A stretch of 21,302 nt of DNA, from assembly GCA_039630345.1 (NCBI GenBank), contig JBCNVD010000003.1, positions 1 to 21,302 on the forward strand. Reading direction: 5' to 3'. Of the stretch, positions 7,897 through 14,945 are shown one piece after another. Made by a program: the position numbers and the translations under genes. The stretch is from Aquificaceae bacterium. GTDB taxonomy: Bacteria; Aquificota; Aquificia; Aquificales; Aquificaceae. Numbering within the stretch: position 1 is the first letter of the stretch; each line of letters begins with the position of its first letter. The notes under the pieces are model-generated. The model was not told the origin of the DNA and searched no databases. It saw nothing but the letters and a program-made list of their open reading frames with translations.

Positions 7897-9761
7897 GCTC
7901 TGACAGGGTGGCGCTTTTGATGGAGGTTATTTAGATGCTGGCTTCTGGCAGTTATCCAGGAGCTTATAAAGAGGTTAATGTCGCGCTCTTTAAACTCTAT
8001 AGAGCTCTTGCCACTGAGGGTTTTGATGCCGCTATTAAGGCCTGAGAGTTGCTCTGCGACTACCTTTAAAAATTCGCCATGGTCATTGGCCCATGGCAGG
8101 AAGGACTTTAGCTCTACCTCTCCAAGAACCGAGCTGATTGTGCCTTTTGTTTCGCCAAGAAGTCCCATTGGAACTCTTACATGTGCAAGCTGGGCAAGAC
8201 CGTCTATATAAGGGCTTAAAACACATAGATGATCCAGTTTTGAAAAAATTCTGGTGATTTCTGTGATAGGCAAAAGCTCTGTCAGGTCTTCGCCAAAGAC
8301 CAGGGCGGTTTTTATGTTGCCTTTGATAATTTCTTCTAGCGCAAGTCCAATAGGGGTAAGGAGCTCCGGGCTAAGTCTTTGTATAAGTCCAAGATAATTT
8401 CCATCCGGGTGCAAAATCAAAAGTTTATGATGAGTTAAGCTCTTTAGAGCTATTGCCAGCTCTTTTAGTGTATCTTTTGGCATATTTAAGGTGTTTAAAA
8501 CAATCATCGCAGGCTCTAGAGTCTTTAGCTCTTCAAAAGTTATGGGTTTTGGATTTAGTTTCTTATCCTCTATTGGCTCTGAGAGCGAAAAGACTTCTCC
8601 TTTTGTGTAGTAAGATAGCACGGGGACGCTTGCGCTTATGTCTTTTCCAATAAGAACCCATCTTTTACAGGATTGGATTTCTTCTATTGAGGGATGGGAA
8701 TAAGATCCGTGGTGTTTTAAAAACTCAAAAACATCAAGGCTTAAGCTAGAGGTCAGGATTGCTCCGCAGGCATTGGCTATTTTTATGCATAGCTCAAAAT
8801 CCTCGTTGCTCATAAAAGGAGATAGAAAGATGCAGGTTTGACCTATGGAGCTCTTTAGCCTGCCGGCGACAAAGAGTCCTGCATTTGCCATAGTCTCTTC
8901 GCGCGAATGCACGCTGGGAGAGCTTAGCCTTCTTTTTTCCAAAGCATCATAGCCAAAAAATGCCCTTGCGCATATGTCAAGTTTGTCAGAGGGCTTTGTT
9001 CTGTAAATTCTTGCCTGAGAGCGCCAATCCCCAACGCCGTATTCGACAGTTATCTCACAGCCCCCGGAGCAGATAAAACAGCCCGTTTTTTCACGGCTAA
9101 GTAGCCAGCTCCTTGTCCAGTATTTAAATGGTTTTGAGATAATAGCCCCAACAGGGCAAACATGGACGCAGATGCCGCACATCTCACAGCTTGAGGTATC
9201 GATTGGCCTAACCGCAGGGACTATGTTTGCGTGAAAGCCTCTATCGTCAACAAAGAGAGCTCTTGCGCCAACTACTTCATCGCAGGCTCTGGTGCATCTA
9301 TAGCAAACCACGCATCTGTTTGAGTAATACTCAAGAAAATCACTCTGCCAGTCATGCTCGTGTCTTTCTTTTTCAAGGGCACTGATTGGCACTATCTGTC
9401 TTTGAGGACCAAATAGAGCTCCGTAGTTTTGAAGATCGCACTCGCCTGCTTTGTCGCAAATAGGGCAATCAAGCGGGTGCCTTGTCATAAAGGCCTCAAG
9501 AAGGTATTTCTGGTTTGACTTAACAAGCTCATGATTTAGGGATATTTTCATCCCCTCTTCCGGATATGTGTTGCAGCTGGTCATGAGTCTCTTTGTAGAC
9601 TCGTTATAGACAATGCACATCCTGCAAGCGCCGATGATTGAAAGCCTGGGATGATAACAAAAGTAAGGCACACTAAAGCCTTTATTTAAAAGCCCCTTCA
9701 AAAGAGGCTCTTTTTTATCAAGCTCTAGCTCCTGACCGTCTACAAAAACTTTTACCTTCAT
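7893..9761 (-). CDS. nuoG: NADH-quinone oxidoreductase subunit G
   Basis: PYFCYHPRLSIIGACRMC..SC (N1b), HPLDCPICDKAGECDLQ (N5), CVVCYRCTRAC...CEMCGICVHVCPVGA (N4 plus an extra set), CFICSGGC...C (N7-type), followed by a degenerate molybdopterin-oxidoreductase-like C-terminal part. Confidence 0.92.
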   Translation of the reverse strand: MKVKVFVDGQELELDKKEPLLKGLLNKGFSVPYFCYHPRLSIIGACRMCIVYNESTKRLMTSCNTYPEEGMKISLNHELVKSNQKYLLEAFMTRHPLDCPICDKAGECDLQNYGALFGPQRQIVPISALEKERHEHDWQSDFLEYYSNRCVVCYRCTRACDEVVGARALFVDDRGFHANIVPAVRPIDTSSCEMCGICVHVCPVGAIISKPFKYWTRSWLLSREKTGCFICSGGCEITVEYGVGDWRSQARIYRTKPSDKLDICARAFFGYDALEKRRLSSPSVHSREETMANAGLFVAGRLKSSIGQTCIFLSPFMSNEDFELCIKIANACGAILTSSLSLDVFEFLKHHGSYSHPSIEEIQSCKRWVLIGKDISASVPVLSYYTKGEVFSLSEPIEDKKLNPKPITFEELKTLEPAMIVLNTLNMPKDTLKELAIALKSLTHHKLLILHPDGNYLGLIQRLSPELLTPIGLALEEIIKGNIKTALVFGEDLTELLPITEITRIFSKLDHLCVLSPYIDGLAQLAHVRVPMGLLGETKGTISSVLGEVELKSFLPWANDHGEFLKVVAEQLSGLNSGIKTLSGKSSIEFKERDINLFISSWITARSQHLNNLHQKRHPVRA

Positions 9762-9772
9762 AACAGAGTTGA

Positions 9773-10351
9773 TTATAGGCTTTTGAAGCTAACTTTTACT
9801 GGCATTAGCATAAGTTTTTGCACCTCTAAAAGCGCGTCGTTAAAGTCCAGCAGCTCACCCCCAAAGCCTTTCTGGAATTTCTTCGCATCCTCCTTACTTG
9901 CAAAGGCAATGGCAGATGGCACACAACAGGGAACAGCTTCTGAATTAATCAAATGAGTTGCTGAGAAGAAGTTTATAGGGTTTAACCTGACAAAGTCTCT
10001 GGTCATACAACTAACTATCTCACTTCTATCAATGCGTGCTATCAACATAAAGGCACAGTGAGGACAGCAGGCTCTCAAGACTTTTCCGCTACTTAATCTC
10101 AAAACCACTTCAAGTCTTGGGTCTATTATCTTCGAGCAGTAATCGCAGGTCTTACTCTGCTCAGCATCCTCTTCGGTCGCCTCGCTCCTTAGGAGCAACT
10201 GCCCGTGCTTTCTTACCAAAAGCCCCTTTTTTTCCATGCTCCTTACATCTCTATAGATGGTCATAAGCGAGACATTAAAGTAATCAGCAAGCGATTTAAC
10301 TGACCTGTAACCTTGAGGTATCAACTCAAGGAGTTTCTCCTGCCTACTCAT
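9773..10351 (-). CDS. DeoR-type HTH transcriptional regulator with C-terminal Cys-rich NosL/TRASH-like metal-binding domain (YcnK/CutR-like, probable copper sensor)
   Basis: N-terminal SVKSLADYFNVSLMTIYRDVRSMEKKGLL is a DeoR HTH. C-terminal CDYC, ACCPHC and PCCVPSAIAFASKEDAKKFQKGFGG (NosL-like AF...A..F....GG). Same architecture as Bacillus YcnK. Confidence 0.8.
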   Translation of the reverse strand: MSRQEKLLELIPQGYRSVKSLADYFNVSLMTIYRDVRSMEKKGLLVRKHGQLLLRSEATEEDAEQSKTCDYCSKIIDPRLEVVLRLSSGKVLRACCPHCAFMLIARIDRSEIVSCMTRDFVRLNPINFFSATHLINSEAVPCCVPSAIAFASKEDAKKFQKGFGGELLDFNDALLEVQKLMLMPVKVSFKSL

Positions 10352-10435
10352 GCTAAAAATCTTCTAACTTACAGAAGTTTTGTGTATAAATCTTCGTCAT
10401 ATCTTGACTAAATAAAAGCTAAGTATAATTAATTA

Positions 10436-10514
10436 ATTATTAAGAGTTTATTGAGAAACTCCCTCCCCCTCCCTCCCCTAATTGTTTTGCCCCGCCGCCA
10501 GGTGGGGCCCTTCT
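10436..10514 (+). ncRNA. Candidate small RNA antisense to the rlmB 3' end (hairpin, C/U-rich tract, GC hairpin)
   Basis: TATAAT at 10424-10429; hairpin GAGTTT/AAACTC (10444-10461); CCCTCCCCCTCCCTCCCC (10461-10478); hairpin GCCCCGCC-GCCA-GGTGGGGC (10489-10508) with a G-U pair possible only on the + strand. No family recognised. Confidence 0.3.
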
Positions 10515-11210
10515 AATTAACTCCCACATACAAATGGCTCCCGCGCTTGACGCATTCAAAGATCCAACCCTTCCTGCCATGGGTATAGAAACAACCTCGT
10601 CAGAGAGCTCAAGCAATAGCTTGGAAACCCCATCTCCTTCGTTACCCACCACGATACCACAGGGCATAGGCAAAATCGCATCTTTTAAATCCCTGCCTTG
10701 CATATGGAGCGAAAAAACCCATCCACCGAGTTTTTTAAACTCCCTCAAAGCAAGATGCAAATTGCTAACTTTAGATAGTTTTAGATGAAAAACAGCCCCG
10801 CTGGAGGCTTTTATAACGGTTTGATTTATAGGACATGCCCTATCCTTTGGAATAAGAGCTCCAACACCCCCAAAAGCCTCGCATGTTCTTAATAAATTCC
10901 CCACATTTTGCGGGTCGCTTAAGTGATCAAGTACTATAAAAAAGCCCCTTCTCTCAATGACTTCTTTAAATAGCTCGTAAGGGCTTACATAATCAACCTC
11001 GCTCAAAATAGCAACCACGCCCTGAGTTTTTTTAACCCCCGCAAGCTCTTCTACTTTTCTCCTTGAAACCCTCTGAAGCTTTATGCCCCTTTCCTTACAT
11101 AGCTTTAATATCTCAGCACACATAGAGCTATCGTGTGCAAGAAGCACTTTCTCAAACTCCTTGCCCGCTCTAAGCGCCTCAATTATGGCATTTCGCCCAT
11201 AGATTATCAT
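10440..11210 (-). CDS. rlmB: 23S rRNA (guanosine2251-2'-O)-methyltransferase, TrmH/SpoU family
   Basis: IIYGRNAIIEAL, TQGVVA, LDHLSDPQNVGNLLRT, VIKASSGA, VVGNEGDGVS, SIPMAGRVGSLNAS. The last ~22 aa (APPGGGAKQLGEGGGGSFSINS) look like a non-homologous tail. Confidence 0.92.
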   Translation of the reverse strand: MIIYGRNAIIEALRAGKEFEKVLLAHDSSMCAEILKLCKERGIKLQRVSRRKVEELAGVKKTQGVVAILSEVDYVSPYELFKEVIERRGFFIVLDHLSDPQNVGNLLRTCEAFGGVGALIPKDRACPINQTVIKASSGAVFHLKLSKVSNLHLALREFKKLGGWVFSLHMQGRDLKDAILPMPCGIVVGNEGDGVSKLLLELSDEVVSIPMAGRVGSLNASSAGAICMWELIRRAPPGGGAKQLGEGGGGSFSINS

Positions 11211-12247
11211 CAGGCGATTATGCCACCACCCAGGAGAATGTCACCATCATATAGAGCGCATACTTGCCCGGGCGCAGGCGCCCATACTGGATTTTTAAAC
11301 CTCACCAGAAACCTCTCCCCGGCTTTTACAAACTCTTCAACCTCAGAGAGTTCTCCTCTATATCTAATCTGGGCAAAGACTTTGCCCCATTGCTTCAGAG
11401 GCACATGGAAGCTAAAGCTTTCAAGCTCAATCTCTGACCTGTAGAGCTCTTCTTTTCTTGCTAAAAAAACGCGCTTTTCGCGCACATTTATATTCTTAAC
11501 ATAAAGAGGCTCAGAAAAGGCCACGCCAAGACCCTTTCTTTGCCCAACTGTTAGCGACAAAATAGCCCCATGGCGCGAAACTATCCTGCCGTCAAGTATT
11601 AAATCCCCCTCTAAAGAGCCCAAATTCTCCTCAAGAAATTGACCAACGCTTTTGCCCATAAGAAAGCAAACGTCCTGAGAATCCCTTTTGTCCCAGACTT
11701 CAATTCCTTCAGAGCGAAGGAGCTCTCTAACCTCTTCCTTTGTCATCTCACCAAGAGGAAACTCAAGGAGCTGTATATCTTCAGCTCTCAAAAGCGCAAG
11801 GAAATAAGACTGGTCTCTCTTTCTATCTTTGGCTCTTGCTATGACCTTGCAGGAATTATGATCTAAAATCCTTGCATAATGCCCGGTAGCCAGCTTATCA
11901 ATCATCGCAACGCTTTTTAAATACCTTGCAAGAAAGCCCGTTTTAACATCTCTGTTACAAACAGCACAGGGATTTAAGGTCCTGCCCTGGGTGGAAAACC
12001 CCAGAAACCTCTCAATAACCCTTTGGCGAAATATCACCTCCCAATCTATAACAAGATGCGAAATCCCAAGAGCCCTTGCAACTTTGCTGGCATCCTGAAC
12101 ATCCTTTGGAGAGCAACAAACTCTTTCAGCATCACACTCTTTATGAAACCTCAGGGTTATTCCAATAACTTCGTGCCCGGCTCTTGAGAGCATCAAAGCA
12201 CAGGCAGTGCTATCAACCCCTCCACTCATCCCAACGGCTACTTTCAA
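11210..12247 (-). CDS. mnmA: tRNA-specific 2-thiouridylase (C-type, CxxC + C)
   Basis: MSGGVDS PP-loop, NPCAVCN, LATGHYAR, DQSYFL, DSQDVCF, TVGQRKGLG, QIRYR, APGQ...LGGG. TTG start overlapping the upstream stop, with SD AGGAGG. Confidence 0.95.
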   Translation of the reverse strand: MKVAVGMSGGVDSTACALMLSRAGHEVIGITLRFHKECDAERVCCSPKDVQDASKVARALGISHLVIDWEVIFRQRVIERFLGFSTQGRTLNPCAVCNRDVKTGFLARYLKSVAMIDKLATGHYARILDHNSCKVIARAKDRKRDQSYFLALLRAEDIQLLEFPLGEMTKEEVRELLRSEGIEVWDKRDSQDVCFLMGKSVGQFLEENLGSLEGDLILDGRIVSRHGAILSLTVGQRKGLGVAFSEPLYVKNINVREKRVFLARKEELYRSEIELESFSFHVPLKQWGKVFAQIRYRGELSEVEEFVKAGERFLVRFKNPVWAPAPGQVCALYDGDILLGGGIIA

Positions 12248-12627
12248 GATATCCTCCTAAAAAACTTCCATAAAAAATAAACCGCGCTATCGCGCGACAT
12301 TTTTTGATTTTCAAGTGCTAAGGGAATGAGTTTATAGGGTTTGTCCCCCTCTTTTAAAAGCCCTATAGCCTTAGCCTCTTTTATCTTCTGATTTATGCTA
12401 TGGAGTATGCCTGCACTCATTGCGTCAAGTCCAGCTAGCTGTTTGTCCTCTAGATTCTTCGCAAAGATAAAGACCTTAGCCCATGTGGTGAGCGTCTTTT
12501 CCCACTCTGCCCTGGGAAGAGATTCAAGTTCCATGAGTATGATTTCTATTATTCCCTTTCTTAAAGATTCTAAAATCTGCTGGCTCTCTTGCCTATAAAA
12601 TAGCAAGTTGCTCAGATCTAACTTCAT
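12244..12627 (-). CDS. Hypothetical protein (127 aa, helical)
   Basis: ATG-initiated ORF that fills the gap. Its TGA overlaps the mnmA TTG start, and it contains the mnmA SD. No recognisable motif. Confidence 0.7.
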   Translation of the reverse strand: MKLDLSNLLFYRQESQQILESLRKGIIEIILMELESLPRAEWEKTLTTWAKVFIFAKNLEDKQLAGLDAMSAGILHSINQKIKEAKAIGLLKEGDKPYKLIPLALENQKMSRDSAVYFLWKFFRRIS

Positions 12628-12661
12628 AAGGATATATTATTTTCATTTAAGGAGGCTGACT

Positions 12662-13447
12662 ATGGCTGAGCACAGCGCTGAGCACCATCTTGGACATCAC
12701 GAGTATAGTTTCTGGCCATTGCCCGTTGGTCTAGCAGTTCTTTTCCTGCCACTGTCTTTTATCGCCTTTATGGTATGGAAAAAGCAGCTCCTTGGTCTGA
12801 CCTTTGGCGGTATTGCTCTGGTTTTGATGTTAATAGGCATAACAGGCTGGGTTAACGAGTTCTTCTCAAAAGGTCACGAAGAGGGCTTTGGTCTTCCTGC
12901 AATGACGTTCTTTATAGTTTCAGAGGTCATCATCTTTGGCACGATGTTTGCTGGTTTTTACATGGCAAGGGTTTCTCAGGCTGAAAACTGGGCGCAATGG
13001 GTCCCGAAGGACATGAGCCTGGTTTTACCCGCACTCCTGACTTTGATTCTGTGGGCTTCAAGTGCCACCATAGCCTTTGCGGAACATATGTTTGAAAAGA
13101 GCAGGTATTTCCTAAGTGCCATTCTCATGATAGTAACCATAGCTCTTGGTCTTTTGTTTATGGTTATCCACGTTATGGAGTGGCTTCACCTCTGGCACTC
13201 TGGTTTTACCCTAAGCTCAAATATGTATGGCACTGGCTTTTATATGCTTACTGGCATCCATACCTCTCACATAGTTGTCGGTATCTTTATGATGCTAATT
13301 GCAGTATATCTTTTGCTCACTCGCAAAGCAAATGAAACCAAGGGCTTGACCTACATAAAATCAACCACGCTCTATTGGCACTTTGTCGATATCATGTGGC
13401 TCTTGGTAGCAAGCAGTGCATATCTAATAGGTAGCGTAATACCTTGA
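12662..13447 (+). CDS. coxC: Cytochrome c oxidase subunit III
   Basis: True start is probably ATG 12662 (AAGGAGG upstream) rather than TTG 12608. HHEYSFWP, FFIVSEVIIF (conserved Glu), YGTGFYMLTGIHTSH, YWHFVDIMW. Confidence 0.93.
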   Translation: MAEHSAEHHLGHHEYSFWPLPVGLAVLFLPLSFIAFMVWKKQLLGLTFGGIALVLMLIGITGWVNEFFSKGHEEGFGLPAMTFFIVSEVIIFGTMFAGFYMARVSQAENWAQWVPKDMSLVLPALLTLILWASSATIAFAEHMFEKSRYFLSAILMIVTIALGLLFMVIHVMEWLHLWHSGFTLSSNMYGTGFYMLTGIHTSHIVVGIFMMLIAVYLLLTRKANETKGLTYIKSTTLYWHFVDIMWLLVASSAYLIGSVIP

Positions 13448-14232
13448 AACCGCTTTTGTTTTTTATGCTGATTTTTAGCCTCACGATGGCAAAATACGAG
13501 TATGGCAAGTACACCGCAAACCCGGGAGAGCAGGATGTTTCAATAGTCAGAATTCAGGAAGAGATGTATATGACCAAAAGTGTCCCTGATGTAAAGGTAA
13601 AAACCCTTGAAGGTGAGGTAAGTCTCCATAATTTCATAAACTCAAAGCCAACCGCTTTGTTGCTTGTTTACTTTTCCTGCAACTCTGTGTGTCCTATCTC
13701 TACACAGCATCTTTATAAAGTCTCTCAGTCTCTTCCGAAAGAGTATAAGTATGTAGTTCTCTCTTTTGACGAAAAGGATGATCTAAAGAGCCTTGAAAAG
13801 TTTTTAATAAGCAATTTCGGCAGCACCAAATTACCAGAAAACTGGCTAGTAGGAATCCTTTCAAAGCAGGATATCAAACTGCTGACACAGTCAGTAGGTT
13901 TTAAGTTCTTCTATGTAGAAAGAGACAAACTATTCCTCCATCCAAGTGTAACAATCTTTCTCTCGCCGGATATTCGCATAATGCGCTATTTGTATGGAGC
14001 ATTCCTTAGAGAAAGCGATGTAAGAATGGCTTTCAGAGACGCCCAGCGAGAAAACCCTAAACTCAACAACATCATAGACCTTGCCATCTTGGCATGCTTT
14101 CGCTACGATCATAGCAGAAGCAGATACACTATCGACCCACTTGTCATCTTTGCCTCTATAGGTCTCTTAACTCTTGCAGGCACATTCGCAACCGCTTATA
14201 TTTATAACCGTAATAAGGAGTCGTTAAGATGA
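13444..14232 (+). CDS. SCO family copper chaperone for CuA assembly
   Basis: N-terminal signal/anchor, YFSCNSVCP (CxxxC), VLSFD, FLHPS (His ligand), RYLYG, and C-terminal CFRYD plus a TM helix. TTGA overlap with coxC. Confidence 0.88.
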   Translation: MKPLLFFMLIFSLTMAKYEYGKYTANPGEQDVSIVRIQEEMYMTKSVPDVKVKTLEGEVSLHNFINSKPTALLLVYFSCNSVCPISTQHLYKVSQSLPKEYKYVVLSFDEKDDLKSLEKFLISNFGSTKLPENWLVGILSKQDIKLLTQSVGFKFFYVERDKLFLHPSVTIFLSPDIRIMRYLYGAFLRESDVRMAFRDAQRENPKLNNIIDLAILACFRYDHSRSRYTIDPLVIFASIGLLTLAGTFATAYIYNRNKESLR

Positions 14233-14933
14233 AAGAGGTGCTTGCACAGCCAGCCAACTACTTTGACTCAATGTACGAAATTTGGCTAATAGTATCGGTA
14301 GTTATATACTTGATAGTTTTTATTCCAGGTGCTTATTTTCTATATAAATACCGCTATAGAAAAGGCATAAACGAAAGAGGAATACCAACAAAAGACAGCA
14401 AAGCTCTGGAAGTTATCTGGGTGGTAATCCCTACGATAGTGGTTATATATCTGGCAACCCAGAGTTTTGCCTTTTACAATGCTCAAAGAACTGCTCCTGA
14501 AGGAGCTCTTGAGTTAAGAGTCACAGCTTTTATGTGGGGTTGGGAATTTCAATATCCAAATGGAAAGCAGGTGTATGTATTCTTTAACTCAGTCACAGAC
14601 CCTCAAACAGGTAAGTATCTAAAGCCAGAAGAGGTAAATGAAGCTTTTGTCCCTTATATCCCTGCAGGTAAACCGGTAAAAGTCTACTGCACCTCTAGGG
14701 ATGTTATCCACTCTTTCTATGTCCATCCTGCAAAAGTGACTGAAGACTGCGTCCCCGGGAGGATTACGTATTTGTGGTTTCAAATCAATAAACCGGGTAA
14801 TTACTGGGTTTTCTGCAGGGAATATTGTGGTACTCAACACAGTAAAATGGCAGCAGTTTTAAGAGTAGTTCCTGAAGCTGAGTTTCAAAAATGGGTTTCA
14901 GAGGGCGTCCAGCCCCAGCCTACATCAAATTAA
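14229..14933 (+). CDS. coxB: Cytochrome c oxidase subunit II (CuA, no fused cytochrome c)
   Basis: Two TM helices, LEVIWVVIP, FMWGWEFQY, DVIHSF, CREYCGTQHSKM CuA motif. No CxxCH. Confidence 0.95.
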   Translation: MKEVLAQPANYFDSMYEIWLIVSVVIYLIVFIPGAYFLYKYRYRKGINERGIPTKDSKALEVIWVVIPTIVVIYLATQSFAFYNAQRTAPEGALELRVTAFMWGWEFQYPNGKQVYVFFNSVTDPQTGKYLKPEEVNEAFVPYIPAGKPVKVYCTSRDVIHSFYVHPAKVTEDCVPGRITYLWFQINKPGNYWVFCREYCGTQHSKMAAVLRVVPEAEFQKWVSEGVQPQPTSN

Positions 14934-14945
14934 AGGAGGTATAAA

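Noticed and set aside
10226..10243. In-frame A-AAA-AAG slippery heptamer in the regulator gene (possible -1 frameshift releasing the HTH alone)
   Set aside because: A-runs are common in this sequence, there is no strong downstream stem, and the -1 product would truncate the wing of the HTH.
10404..10429. TTGACT...TATAAT as a canonical sigma70 promoter
   Set aside because: The spacer is 14 bp, too short for a standard -35/-10 pair; only the -10 was kept as weak support for the sRNA idea.
12617..12624. TCTAACTT shared between the cox upstream region and the regulator upstream region
   Set aside because: A single 8-mer inside a coding sequence is compatible with chance.
12608..12661. ORF-track N-terminal extension of coxC from TTG 12608
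   Set aside because: It overlaps the divergent gene, and ATG 12662 has a strong, well-spaced SD.
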